From assembly GCA_965645245.1 (NCBI GenBank), contig OZ287085.1, positions 1,240,001 to 1,304,000 on the forward strand: a DNA stretch of 64,000 nucleotides. The letters are read 5' to 3'. This document shows positions 1-13,499 of this stretch, piece by piece; the first letter of the stretch is position 1, and each line of letters begins with the position of its first letter. The stretch comes from Massalongia carnosa (taxonomy: Eukaryota). Below the pieces are notes generated by a model. The model was not told where the DNA came from. It saw only the letters and a list, made by a program, of their open reading frames with translations, and did not search any database. A program made the position numbers and the translations under genes.

Positions 1-32
1 TATCCCTCGACGCCAAGCTGCTATGGGACCTG

Positions 33-3000
33 GTGAAGGGGACTATACCAGAACCTGATGTAAGGATCAGACCGAACGACCACCGGGCATGGTGGATCGA
101 CAACAACCACGCCAAGATGTGGATCAACAACAACTTGGAAGAAGATCAACAGACACACTGCAATGAGGAGGAGAGATATGCCCACAATATCTGGATGACG
201 TTATACAAAGTATACGGGGTGGATAGTCAGGGTCGAATGATGATGCTGAAAAGAAAAATTTACACGTACAAGGCCGGAACGGATGAGACCATTGACGAAA
301 TAGCTAGCGAACTAACCCGGATCCGGTTACTTTTTCGGAACATCCGATCATCCGAGGCACCCAGTGATTTTGATTTGGCCATGTGTTTAATGAACGCGGT
401 CGACCACGAACAGTATGAGTTCGTTAAACTACACCTCGAGGAAGATAACAACCTCACTCTCGAATACGCAAAGCAGCGACTAAGAACGGTCGAGCAAAAA
501 ATCGTTGATAAGGGACAAAAGGAAATTGCTAACAAGGTTCTCACCACTTTGCATGGTTTGTGTTTTCACTGTCACAAGCCCGGGCATTTCAAGACCGAGT
601 GCCCTGAATGGCTGAAGACTGACGCTGGAAAATCATTCAGCAAGAGAAAAGCAAAAGAAGGTAGTAAAGAAGGTGAAGAAGGGACCAAGGCAAATAAGTC
701 CGAAAACGGCAGCGGAGCACCCCCTCGGAAAAAGCCCGGAAAGACAAAGCATAGGCGGAAGGGAAATGCTCGACAGGCTCAAGAAGAGCAGGAAAATGAG
801 GCCTCGGAGTCGGAAGATGACGAAGAGATAGGCTTCATGGTAAAGGAATGGAACGGGAGGAGTGAAGAAATCCTGAAGACAGAGGTCTCGGAAGAAATCC
901 TGGAGACAGTGGTCTCGGACGAAAACCTGAAGACGGTGGTCTCGGATAAGGCCAGGAAGGCGGACATCTTCATTAAAACTCCTCGGGGTGACAGAGATTT
1001 GGGCAGGTGGATTATCGACTCAGGGGCGAGTCGGCACATGACGCCCGACAGGAAACTGTTCACTAAGTTCCGGAATATGCTAACCAGCGTCACCATTGTA
1101 GATGGGACAAAGCTATCGTCGCCCGGAAGGGGTGACATAGTGTGGACCTTGGAGGAAAGAAGGTCCGGATGGAAAATGTTCTGTGGGTACCTCGGCTTGA
1201 TTCGAATTTGCTGTCCCTAAAGGCTCTGAATCGGAAAGGGCTCAGCATTCTTTTCCGCCCAGAGGGGGTGGAAATCACCAGAGACGGTACCTCGGTCGCC
1301 ACCGGTTTCTTTAAGGGCAACATGTTTCTACTCCGAAACTCGGAAGTTGCATTGGAAACTGGAGTGCAGGAAGACCAGGAAGAACAGGAAGAACAGGAAG
1401 TTCCGCAGGAAGTCCAGACAAGGGAATTGGTCGGGACTCAGCGAAGCGAGCCAAGGGCAGGACTAAGTAAGTCGAAGTCAGAACAGGCCAAAATAAGCGC
1501 ATATTTACTCTGGCACTCTCGACTGGGGCACGTCAGCGCTCGAAGGATTCAACTTTTGTCCAAGAAAATTCCGGAAGCAGGGAAAGCAATGGCCATTGAA
1601 GGCACCCCTTTATCTTTCTTTGACAAGGTGGAGTGCTCAGTTTGTAACTATACTAAGATGACCAGGGCCGTTTACCGCGTACCTCCTCGCCGAGTTGATA
1701 GGAAACTAGGGAGGGCATATAGCGATGTCTGGGGGCCGTATCGAATAACTAGCCTGAACGGTTATCGATACTTCATCAACTTTGTGGACGAGTTCACCCA
1801 GAAATCCTGGTTGGAGCTCATGAAAAGTCGAAAGGAAGTCCAAGGAAAAGTACTAGAATGGAAGAAGGTCGTGGAAGTGGACTCAGGTGAAACTCTCGCC
1901 AAACTACGAACTGACAATGCAAAGGAGTTCGAGCACATGACGAATGACCTCAGAAAGGAGGGGGTCATCATGGAATTTACTACCCCACACACACCGGAAG
2001 AAAACGGCATGGCTGAACGATTAAATCGAACCATCATCCAGATGGCTCGAGCTATGCTACATTGGGCCGAACTGCCGAAGACTTTCTGGAGGGAAGCAGC
2101 TAAGACAGCAAACTACCTCCGAAACGTGCTTCCATTGGCCAACAATCAGCCTTCACCAGATGAACAATGGTATGGTTATGCACCTGCCATCGACCACATT
2201 CGAACCTTTAGGTGTTTAGTACATGCGCACGCACCAAGCGCTAGCAGAGCTAAACTAGATCGGGTATCGTTCCAGGGGATTTTCGTTGGCTACCATTCGC
2301 ATCACCAATTTAGGATTTATAATCCAAATTCTCGACGAATCGAATGGCACACCTCAGTAAAATTTCTGGAAGACACACCTGGAGGCACCCTTCTAAAACC
2401 ACCCACTAGGCCTGAACAGTGGGAGTCTAACCAGAGCAATGATGATGATTCAGACGACTCCGACCAGAACGAGTCTAGCCAATCACATCACAGTCCCTCA
2501 TCTAGCCCTATAGGAAGAATAACACGTGGACAATCTCCCGGAGAAGACGTTCCCGGAGCAGTGGGAGATAGAGAAGTTTTCTCCACGACTGACCCAAATA
2601 ACACTGACAAAAGAGCAGACGTGCTCCCAAACGCACCAAAAACAGATGCAACTCGGAGTAACACTGCTCCAAAATCAAAAAGTGATGGGAAAATCTCGGT
2701 TCAAAAATCCAAACTGAAAGGGAGGGAAATTGAACAACCAATTAGACGTAGCACACGGGCAACTAAGCCGTATGACCGTTATGCTTTTGACAAAGAACAG
2801 GGCCGTTCAGCAATCACCAGTTCAAAGGACCTCCAAAAAATTCAGAAAATATCTGAACCCCAATCATTCCAGGAGGCCATTCAGGGTCAATACAAACGCT
2901 GGTGGTTAATATCCATTAAAGATGAACTAGGTGCACTAACAGCAAACGGCACATGGGAAATTGTGCGACTACCACCCGGCCGAAGGGCAATCACCTCCAA

Positions 3001-4405
3001 ATGGGTGTTCAAGGTAAAATACACCCCCACCGGCCTGATCGACCGATTTAAAGCAAGGCTAGTCGCTCGAGGATTCACCCAGGTGTATGGTTTTGACTAT
3101 GAGGAAACCTTTGCACCCACACTAAGGATGGAGTCACTCCGCATGCTATTCTCATTGGCTATTCGTTTCGGTTTGCATGTTGAACAAATGGACGTACCAA
3201 ACGCCTATCTTCGAGGTAGTTTGGACGAAGAGGTTTACATGGAAATTCCTGAAGGACTAGACCTACCCCCTGACACCCCAAAAGGTATGGTACTACGCCT
3301 TTTGAAAGGACTATATGGCCTGAAACAATCCGGTCGAATCTGGAATAAGAAAATAAGAACCTTCTTGATTTCGATCGGTTTCAGCCAATTAACAGCCGAC
3401 AATTGTGTTTTCATCAATCATCCAACAAACGTCATAATATCACTATATGTCGATGACCTGCTAATTTTCTCGAAGACAATAGGGCCCATCAACTCCGTCA
3501 AGAAACAACTGCATAAGGAATATAACATGAAGGACCTAGGCCTAGTTGAGCAAATCCTAGGCATTCGTGTCCGGAGGGAAGACGACCGATTGGCCCTTGA
3601 CCAGACCCAATATATTGACAATTTTCTGAAAGAATATCAAATGGACGAAGCACGGACCGTACAGACCCTAATTGACGGGTATGAAGCCCTAACACCTGCT
3701 CGGCCCGAAGAGGAGCGAGCCAATCAACTGGCCTACCAGAAACGGATCGGTAGTGTTATGTATGCTATGATCGGCACTAGACCTGATATCGCTTTCGCCG
3801 TTGGAAAATTGAGCCAGTTCAGTCATGATCCGACTACTCGACACATGAATGCATTAAATCGAGTACTCCGCTATCTGAAGGGAACTGCTGACCTAGCGTT
3901 GATATACGAGTCTGACACTGCATTTAGCACCCCAATATGCTATGCAGATGCAGCATACGGTGACGACAAAGTGGATAGAAAATCCACTTATGGCACAACA
4001 ATGATGATGGGAAACGGGGAGGTCATGTGGACTAGCAAGAAACAACGAACCACATCGACCTCCACAACTGAGGCTGAGTACGTAGCCCTATGTCACGCAA
4101 GCAAGGACATCGTCTGGGCGACCAGATGGATAAAAGAACTGAGGTTAAAGGATGTCCTTACCGAACCAATGGTGCTGGCTGGAGACAACAAAGGTAGCCA
4201 CGACCTGATCAAAAACCCCGAACATCACAGTCGAACGAAGCACATTGATGTCCAATATCATTACATTCGGGAGGTCGTCGAAGACGGAACCGCTACTATA
4301 AAGTATGTCCCTACCAAAGAGATGGTAGCAGACATCTTTACCAAGCCACTGACCCCAGCAACCTTCAATGACATGCGAGGCAGGCTAGGTCTAAGGGAAT
4401 GGTAG
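33..4405 (+). pseudogene. gag-pol of copia family 1, one frameshift in the protease region (~1142)
   Basis: ORFs 33..1220 and 1142..4405 overlap in different frames, and the protease sequence continues across the shift (GRGDIV / VDLGGKKV). Confidence 0.85.
864..944 (+). repeat. 27-bp tandem repeat x3 in the gag-protease linker
   Basis: Three GAAGAAATCCTGAAGACAGAGGTCTCG-like units encoding EEILKTEVS / EEILETVVS / DENLKTVVS. Confidence 0.8.
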
Positions 4406-5100
4406 GAAGGTAGGCTAGCTTTTCAGCTACCCCGTCTCATTGGATAAAAGGACCAATGGACATGCACAATGGAGGTTTCATTTGTCACCACTTTCTTTTT
4501 AGTTAAAAGGGAGTCCATCAGCTACTTTCGGAGTGGGAGTGTTAAAACGGCAACCGATGCCAAGTACCGAAACCAGCTGACAAAGCAATTTGCATCTACC
4601 TCGGCAAGGAAAGGCTTGTGGCGGTGGCAAATTTGTATGAAGTCAGAAATCGCATCGGAAGCGGGAACCGATGAGATGGAAATGGAAGCTTCTGGAATCG
4701 CTGGTGGACGGGCATAAATAGGAGCAGTTTTACCCTACGTAGTGGTAGAAAGTCAATCGTTTCTCCCAGTTTGTTTTGCATGTGCAAGAACTCGTTTGTC
4801 GAACTAGTCATATCAATTGCCCAGTGCTACCATTCCGCCTGTTGCAGTCACAGTTCCAACAAGTAGCTTTTGATTGTCAGTCCTGACGACAGGTCGGGTG
4901 GACGTAATAATGGGAGATGTTGCAGTCGCTAAAACCAAGAGTAGAGCGCGTACGCCATGCGGTGCGTTCAATGACATGAGACTTGGCGGAGTGAGCTGAG
5001 ATGAGAGTTCGCCCTCCATCTGCTGATTGATTAAGGACTGCTTTCCATGGTGTCCAGCGGTTTCTGGATACAAGTGTGCGCGTTTCCCCCCTCTACTTTC

Positions 5101-5619
5101 TATTGGAATTTGCCGAGATACCTGAATATTTGTGACCGAGGTTCTTTTGCCTCCTGCTTACTAATTTCCAGAGTAGGCAATCATATGCTATATGCGAAAA
5201 GCTTCAGATATCGGCACGACTTCGGCAACTACGAGGAGGCAAAGGTATGCAGCAATAATGCTACATTTCGGAGGCAATTCAGCTGTTCATGATCACTGAG
5301 TGTCTCAGTGTCTCCGGTCAGCAATAAGGTATATTTTGCCCAGCTGAAAAGGTTCAAAGGAAGCAGGTTCAAGCATTTGATATAGGCCGAGATGGAGGCC
5401 CTCAAGCAGTATAAAGAGACGATGATTCCTCATGTAATTTAGCTATTCAGCCGTTCAGAATTCAGTTCAGCAGATAGCTAAATTTGGAGTATCTTCACTG
5501 GAAATACGGAGTACCTGCATCACGTTTGCCAAGCACTTCTCTTTGCCTATCCTTGATAGCCCTAGACCCTCTTCTCCTGCATCCCGCTGCCGTATGCCTG
5601 GTTGATTTTTTGTTCAACA
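5101..5619 (+). mobile_element. Solo LTR of copia family 3 (519 bp), TSD CTTTC
   Basis: Near-identical to the LTRs at 39572 and 45026. CTTTC flanks both sides. Starts TATTGG, ends TTCAACA. Confidence 0.95.
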
Positions 5620-7044
5620 CTTTCTCTTTCTTAAGCAACATCACGTTTATTCCTCATGTTAGTTTTTCACTCTTCTACCCCTTTCTAGGGCTCTTGCTCT
5701 ATCGATTTATCTAAAATTTGATCTTCTCGCTCTGGGTTACGCACTCCTTCCCCAATTTGCGGCCAGAGTCCTCTTTTGCGAAGGTACCATGTCTACGCTA
5801 TCTTTTGCAAGCAGCAGCACTTGCGCGCTGCTTCGTGTAAGTCTTTCTATTCATTTTTTTCATACTTTTTGTTATACTATACTTTAGCTATTCCTTTGGA
5901 TTTTATGTAATATACCACATGCGCGGTCCTGTCATGATGATCAGAAATTTTTTGAAGCTTAAAGAGATAACCTCGTCATATTAATATTATCATTCCTGAG
6001 ACTCCTGTTTTCCACGCTCGTGATTGCACACGCGATCCAGAGACAGGATGCGGAACTGAGCTCAAGTCTCCTAGCTTTTTTAAAGCTATTTTTTTAATCT
6101 CTATGCTTTCTAGATGACGTCAGAAAAATATGCAATCTAGTTCCTTGGGTGATTAGTCAAGCATTCGAGCGAGTCTTGAATTCAATGCTCAGGCTTTGGG
6201 CATAAGTCTCATCCACAAGAGGATCAGTATTGATTTGTCGAGCCAAATTGATTCTAAAGTTAAGACTCATATTTTGGAAGAAGCATCTTGATCGATTTCT
6301 AGATTAAATGGAGAAACTATGTGAGAATATGATCACACAGCAAAGCGGTGAAATGTTCCAAGGTTTGCGATGGACTCGATTTTATGTGAAGATATATGCG
6401 TCATTCTTGAAGGATGCAATGAACTCTCAGCGTCAGGCAGCCAAAAGATCACAGCAGTTAGAGCTTCACAAACTGACAGCTTTCAACAAGAAGGCGCTGG
6501 GACGATCTCCCATTGAGGTGCATGATGCTCATATAACCTTTCACAGAATAATTAGAGTGCCGGTTGACCAACGACTAGCTAAATTTTATGAGAAAAATCT
6601 TGCCAAAGGCTACCGATACGCATCTTGGATCCAATCCGTATTGTCAGGAAGCTGAGCTTATGATCATAAGTAAATTGAGAAGATCGCGTTTTAATGGCAC
6701 ACTAACAGACTGCCAGAATGTTCCGATGTTATGTCAAGGTATCAGAGGGAGCTCCTTGTAAAATATCGCAATGAAATGGGCAGGACAGTCAAAGAGAAGA
6801 TCGACATTTAGAAGTCAGATAGTAAGTCTTGGAGCCTTTCCTCTTTCCAAACAGCACTTACTGATCGTTGTCAAGGCCTGCTGCATCAGAAACCTATGTG
6901 GTGCAAGCTATCAACACTACTCTGTCTAAGGAAACAGCTTTGGAAAAGAGTAGGCTCTATTCAATGAACGGATGCACGCTCTTGATAGATGGAGGTGCAA
7001 ATGTGACTGCTGTGGACATAACGGGTTGCATTGCTTGAGACTTG

Positions 7045-7124
7045 GAAGATGGACTTTTGGAACTACAGAAGATGGACTTGTGGAACTACAGAAGATGGAC
7101 TTGTGGAACTACAGAAGATGGACT
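7045..7124 (+). repeat. 23-bp tandem repeat (~3.5 copies)
   Basis: GAAGATGGACTT(G/T)TGGAACTACA repeated head to tail. Confidence 0.85.
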
Positions 7125-7308
7125 TCCTTGAACAGAGAGACATAAAGCTTCAGTACAAAGGCATCAGATGAGTAGATGGACTCATCAATCCCTTCGGCCC
7201 TGTTGTTAGATGTTAAGGATGTTAAGGACTGTTAGACTACCATCGGTTAGATGGTCAGACTCAGTATAGGCATCCATCGTGAGTCCCACGGGTGCCTGCC
7301 AGGCACCT

Positions 7309-7628
7309 TGTTAAAACGGCAACCGATGCCAAGTACCGAAACCAGCTGACAAAGCAATTTGCATCTACCTCGGCAAGAAAAGGCCTGTGGCGATAGCAAA
7401 TTTGTATGAAGTCAGAAATCGCATCGGAAGAGGGAACCGATGAGATGGAAATGGAGGCTTCTGGAATGGCTGGTGGATGGGCATAAATAGGAGCGTTTAC
7501 CCTACGTAGTGGTAGAAAGTCAATCGTTTCTCCCAGTTTGTTTTGCATGTGCAAGAACTCGTTTGTCGAACTAGTCATATCAATTGCCCAGTGCTACCAT
7601 TCCGCCTGTTGCAGTCATAGTTCCAACA
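7309..7628 (+). mobile_element. Solo LTR of copia family 1, TSD CACCT
   Basis: Near-identical to 4540-4861, TG...CA ends, CACCT on both sides. Confidence 0.95.
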
Positions 7629-8090
7629 CACCTATAACCTAACAGGTAGTTATGGGAGGTCTATGTACATACATCTGGCTTCCCCCCGAGATGCTTAGGG
7701 ACAGTCCCCCCCCGACCGTCCCCCCGACCTCTGTAAATCTATGCTAGTAAAAAGCCATTTCACTGCTCATCCAGGGTGCGTACAAGTTACGGAGTAAACT
7801 AGTGTCAGCCAGTTTAGTGGTCAAGCAGTAAGCGATATGTAGCTCGGATACGGTAATCTATTAACCGAATCCCAACATTCTAGTAACTGAGAGAATGGGT
7901 GCAAAATCCTTTCAATGCAAGCAATCATCACCTCAATTCCAAGTGTCTATCTAAAACGTAAATCATTCTCCAATCACCAAGAGCTTAGATCAATAAATCA
8001 AGCTCAATAACTAGTAATGCAACTGCCAACAGCACATTAAACTCTTTTCGGTTTAAATCGTATGACGTGTTATTGCTACTTATAATTATC

Positions 8091-11000
8091 TGTTGAAATA
8101 GGTATATGACTATGGCTATATGGCTATGTAATAATAAAGGTATGTATGACCGTGATGTTAAGGATGAAGAGTTGCTAGGCAGCAATCTTTTCCTATTACT
8201 GGTCACCCCCTTCTAAGCGAGGTGATCTTATCTTATCTTGGGACTAAGCCTAATGCGGCATCTACGGTTTCCGTAGATGATCTGTCCATCTAGGGCAGCC
8301 GTAGGTGCTATGTTCATCGTACTGATAGGTGTTCATTGTGCTGGTAGGAATTGGATATTCAACACCCCCCCTCAAGTCCTACCAGTACTTGTTTCCATCG
8401 TGGATTCAACCGTGGTTGAACTTCTTTACCTCTCATGTCTGTTTGTCCATGTTGAGCTGTCTGATAAAGGAGAAGAACTTGACGTGCGTGAGGGTTTTTG
8501 TCAGTCCATCTGCAATCATGTCTTCGGTCGGAACATAGGTGAGGTCGATTCTTCCTTCTAGCACCTCGTTTCGTATAAAGTAGTGCTGAATGTCGATATG
8601 CTTGGTCCTGGAGTGTAATACGGGGTTATTGGCCAGTGCTATGGCGCTTTGATTGTCGCCTTTCAATGCAATTGTGCCTTCTCCTCTTAACACGTTTATT
8701 GTCGGGGATCCGTCATCAGAAGTGATCAATCCGAGTTCGGTCATCAGTAAACGTAGCCATGTTGCCTCCTTTGCTGCTAAGGTGAGTGCCATATACTCTG
8801 CTTCGGTTGATGACAATGTGACGGTTATTTGTCTTTTGGAACACCAGCTTATTGGTCCATTGTTCAGCATGAACACATAACCCCAGTTGGATTTTCGCTG
8901 CTATTTGTCGAAGGTGATATCTCTATTCTTGGTACCGCTAAGGTATCTGAGAATGTGTTTGGCCGCTTTCATGTGTTTTGCCTGGATTCTTTGCATTTCG
9001 ACTGATTACGGACGTTGCGAAAGCTATGTCTGGCCTGGTTTCTATCATTCGAACGTGATGGATCCGACCATGGTTTGATATTGCTTTATGTCCTTGTCGG
9101 AGTCCTGAAATTCATTGATGAAGAGACAGCCTTCTCGCATGGGAGTGCTTTATGGTTTTGTTGACTCGATCTCGTTCGACTTTAAGGCCTAGATAGTAGC
9201 TGATTGGTCCCATGTCTACCATCTTGAAAGCTAGCTTGAGCTGTTTCTTGACTTCGGTGATCATCGGGGAACCCTTTGGGCCTATGATGTTCAAATCGTC
9301 AACGAAAGAGGTAACAATGTGTCCTTTTATCCCTTGAGGTGTGATGAAAATGTTATGATCTGCGTGGAGTTTCTCCAATCCTAATTTTCTCAATAGAAAA
9401 GCTGACAGTCGTTCATACCAGGGACGCGGAGACTGTTCAAACCGTACAGGGCTTTGTTCAACCTACACACCATGCCAGCTGTGTCATATCCTTTCGGCAT
9501 GTGGACATAGATGAGTTGATAATGAGACCGTTCAGAAAAGCTGTCACTATATCCAGTCGCTCGATGTGCAGATAGTGATGAGCAGCTAACGCGAATAGCA
9601 AGCGAAAAGCCATTGTTTGGCCATAGATGCAAAGGTTTGATCGAAATCTACTCAGTATTGTTGGAGATATCCTTGACAACCCATCTGGCTTTAAAGCGAA
9701 CGATCTTTTCATTTACGTCCCGTTTCAGCTTGAATACTCATTTGCCACTTAAGACTATATGTTCGGGTTCCATGGACTCGGTAGGTAATGTATCCCAGGT
9801 TTTATTCTCCAGCAGACTTTTGATCTCATCCATTACCCAGACTGACTCCATTCGTTTGCGTATTTGGAGTTCATTGCTTGATGATATGTTGAGTCGTACG
9901 TGGGTAGATCGGTCCCATCTTTGAATGTGGCGTCTTCATGAATTCGTAAGTTCTTGACCCTGATGACCTTGTAGTCTTTTTCCATAAAGACGCGATAGAT
10001 GGTGCTTCTGTCATATCCACACAGGATTCCTTTCTGAGCCCTCGGAGAAAATTTAGCAGCCTTGCTGTTTATTCCTTTTCGCTCTTCTTCGTGAATTAAT
10101 GCATAACTGTAGATCCGAGAATTCTCAGGTGATCCAGCTTAGGTGACTTCTTCTCGAAGATCTCATACGGGGTTTTACCTGCTAAGGCGTTGGTTGGTCT
10201 GACGTTCTTGGTGTGAACCATGGCTAGAACCACTTCTGCCCACAAGTAGTCTGGAATGTCTCCGGCAATGACACTGCATCTTGTCATGTCCATGATGGTT
10301 CTGCCCATTCGTTCCGCGACTCCGTTTTCATCTTGAGAGTATGGAGCAGCTGTTTCAAACGTTATGCCTTGTTCCAAGGACCAACCGTCTGACTTGTGAC
10401 TGCGAAGCTCCGCGCCGAAGTCAGTGCGAAAACTGCTTATGAGTTTAGCCTTTCCGGATTTGTTTTGAGCCATGCTGTAGTATGTCAACAAGTGATCAAA
10501 CCATTCACTCTTCTTGTGTCCGGTATAGACATGAGTGTATCTGCTAGCATCACAGGTGAAAGTGAAGAGGTAAAGTTCTTCAAGAAGTCCTGATGGCTTG
10601 ATTAGTCCCACTAGGTCAGAGTTTATCTTTTGAAAGAGCTCTGTGGCCTTCTCTTGCCGTGTTCGGTTGTATATCTTTTTGGCTTTTCCCATTTCGCATG
10701 CATGGCAAAACCAACCGTGGTTGATATCGTCATCGTACGTTATGTCTAGCGTTTTCAGATATTTTCGACACGTTGCTATGTTGAGATGACCAAGCCTTCC
10801 ATGCTATGTAGTGAGTTTTGATTTGACAGATAATGACGTCTAGTCCTTGATAGGTGTCCTCGTCTACTTTGCTCAAATGCATCCTCAAATCTGGAGTGTC
10901 AATGGTCGTTGAAATGTTGGTTGATGTATGAGATAAGTCCGCCTTCGTTTCTAACGAGGTAGTCTTTTGTTCCTTTGCTCTTCCGGATTCGAGCGAACTT

Positions 11001-13482
11001 CTATGTCTTTTTAACTGTGGAAACTTCTGCAAACAGGTATCTAGCCAATGACGAGTGTTCTTTCTCTTGACACATTAAGAGAAGGTGCAGTTCCCTGATG
11101 GGGCTCGACCTCTTGAGTCAGGTGTGCTGATATGAAGTGCCTTGGTGATTTTCATGTTGACATAATAAGCAGTAATGGTCTTCATTGCTTCCGACAGGTT
11201 TGTGGTTTCGTATGTTCAATCTCGTCGAAGTTGGGCTATCAATGGGGAATAGACGTCTGGTGTTACCCAGCATCATTCCCTTAAGCATAAACTCCACGGT
11301 ATGCACATCCACTTTGGCCTTGTCGTCCAGCATTCCTTTAATCTTGTTTAAAGCGCTCTCGTAATATGCACAGTATAGACTGGTCGTCTCGAAGTCGGTC
11401 ATCTTCTTGGAACTAACCTTCAGAATGATGTCGCTGATGCTCATTGGTGCTATATCTTGGAATCTATCCTTCAGGATTTTCCACATTTCTGCCACATTCT
11501 TGTTGTCGATGAGGCTGTAATGGCACTCCGCAACTAATCCGTGAATGATTCCTATAGCCTTGGTCATCTCGGCCTTCTGTCTATTCTTCTAGTCACGCAG
11601 TTCTTTTACCAAGATGCTGACTGAAAGACCTTTGGCGTCGAAGCCTGCTTGTATTAAACCTTCCTTGATGGTTTCAGCGGTGATTTCTGATTGATTCTCC
11701 AGAATGGCTCCTTCGCAGTTTTTCTTGAGCAGAATGCCCTTCGTATAGCTTGCCCATGCCGAATATCTTTCGGCTTTCTCCAAAAGATGTGACGTATCTA
11801 TGATAGACATAATGGGAGAATGGGGAGCAATTGAACAAGGCGAGAAACTTAGTAGTGACTGAAAGAATGTGGATCTGTGACCTTTCTTATAGACAAGGAA
11901 AAAACAGTCCCTCCTTAGCCAGTGTCCACTCTGATGTCTCAACAGAGAAACCTGTTTGCTTAACATGCTTGTTTGCCATGATGAGAATTTCAACTCCGGC
12001 TTTTTCAAGGGTCCAATTGACCAAAAGCAAATTGAGCGCAGGGTTATTCCAATTTGATTTAACCGGCCTTAGGCCGGTTAAATAATCAGAGGCAACTGCC
12101 GCACAATCTCATCTAGTGCCTTAAGGAGGCATAATTGCCAAAAAGAAAGGTCTTTGTGCCTTCGATCAATGAGTTTACTAAGCTCATTGATGTCCGAGGG
12201 ATTTTGTATTTTTTGCGTGTCCAGAACTCAACCACGGGTGAACTGACGCTTTGATGATTTTTGAACCAATGGGGCGCTCAGGGCCAGCAATATACTTTTT
12301 TTGCCTTCGACCATCGAGCTTAGCGAGCTCTTTTGGTGTCCGAGGACTTCAGTGCCTTCGACCATCGAGCATAGCAAGCTCTTTTGGTGTCCGAGGACTT
12401 GAGTGCCTTCGACCATCGAGCATAGCAAGCTCTTTTGGTGTCCGAGGACTTGAGTGCCTTCGACCATCGAGCATAGCAAGCTCTTTTGGTGTCCGAGGAC
12501 TTGGGTGCCTTCGACCATCGAGCATAGCAAGCTCTTTTGGTGTCCAAGGACTTGAGTGCCTTCGACCATCGAGCATAGCAAGCTCTTTTGGTGTCCGAGG
12601 ACTTGAGTGCCTTCGACCATCGAGCATAGCAAGCTCTTTTGGTGTCCGAGGACTTGAGTGCCTTCGACCAGCGAGCTTAGCAAGCTCTTTGGTGTCCGAG
12701 GACTTGAGTGCCTTCGACCATCGAGCTTAGCAAGCTCTTTGGTGTCCGAGGACTTGATTGCCTTCGACCATCGAGCTTAGCAAGCTCTTTGGTGTCCGAG
12801 GACTTGAGTGCCTTCGACCATCGAGCTTAGCAAGCTCTTTGGTGTCCGAGGACTTGATTGCCTTCGACCATCGAGCTTAGCAAGCTCTTTGGTGTCCGAG
12901 GACTTGAGTGCCTTCGACCATCGAGCATAGCAAGCTCTTTGGTGTCCGAGGGCTTCGGTGTAGTACGATCAATGTGTTCATGCTCTTTCTAACACGCAGT
13001 TTTTGTGCTTCTGACAAGAAATCGCTGTGTACAGAAGAGAGAACTGATTGATGTGATTTAAGGGATCGTTTCTAAAGACACAGAAAGATTTTAGTCATGT
13101 GTCTACGATTCATTGAATAGGAACGATGCTTAGCTGATTGCACTGCGAAGCTGCGGATTAAAAGTTTCGATTCGTTTAAATCGATAGCACCCTTCCGGGC
13201 TCATAACCTGTTGAAATAGGTATATGACTATGGCTATATGGCTATGTAATAATAAAGGTATGTATGACCGTGATGTTAAGGATGAAGAGTTGCTAGGCAG
13301 CAATCTTTTCCTATTACTGGTCACCCCCTTCTAAGCGAGGTGATCTTATCTTATCTTGGGACTAAGCCTAATGCGGCATCTACGGTTTCCGTAGATGATC
13401 TGTCCATCTAGGGCAGCCGTAGGTGCTATGTTCATCGTACTGATAGGTGTTCATTGTGCTGGTAGGAATTGGATATTCAACA
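8091..13482 (-). mobile_element. Ty1/copia element (family 2) with both LTRs but internally deleted and frameshifted; LTRs 8091-8364 and 13209-13482; TSD TTATC
   Basis: Two 274-bp LTRs that read as identical. PBS GGTTATGAGCCC follows the 5' LTR on the minus strand, and a G-rich PPT precedes the 3' LTR. Fragmented gag (from ATG 11810), integrase (10096-10692), RT and RNase H (8433-8876) are homologous to the element at 56573-62840. Confidence 0.93.
12302..12955. repeat. 51/50-bp tandem array (~13 copies) in the 5' leader of copia family 2
   Basis: Unit TGCCTTCGACCATCGAGCATAGCAAGCTCTTTTGGTGTCCGAGGACTTGAG. There are no variable spacers. Confidence 0.95.
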
Positions 13483-13499
13483 TTATCCTACTCGGTCTG

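Larger units (their letters stand above)
1..4861 (+). mobile_element. Ty1/copia LTR retrotransposon (family 1), 5' end outside the window
   Basis: Gag with CCHC knuckle (CFHCHKPGHFKTEC), protease (WIIDSGASRHM), integrase, RT (LYVDDLL) and RNase H (ADIFTK) in copia order. Purine-rich PPT GGAGTGGGAG precedes a 3' LTR TGTTAAAA...TTCCAACA at 4540-4861. Confidence 0.95.

Noticed and set aside
1130..1150. Programmed gag-pol frameshift in copia family 1
   Set aside because: The shift falls inside the protease domain with no slippery heptamer, and the related family 3 is in frame there. A 1-bp loss is more likely.
12302..12955. CRISPR-like array or repetitive RiPP precursor ORFs (MVEGTQVLGHQKSLLCS)n
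   Set aside because: The units have no variable spacers, there is no signal peptide, the frame breaks where units become 50 bp, and the array lies inside a retrotransposon leader.
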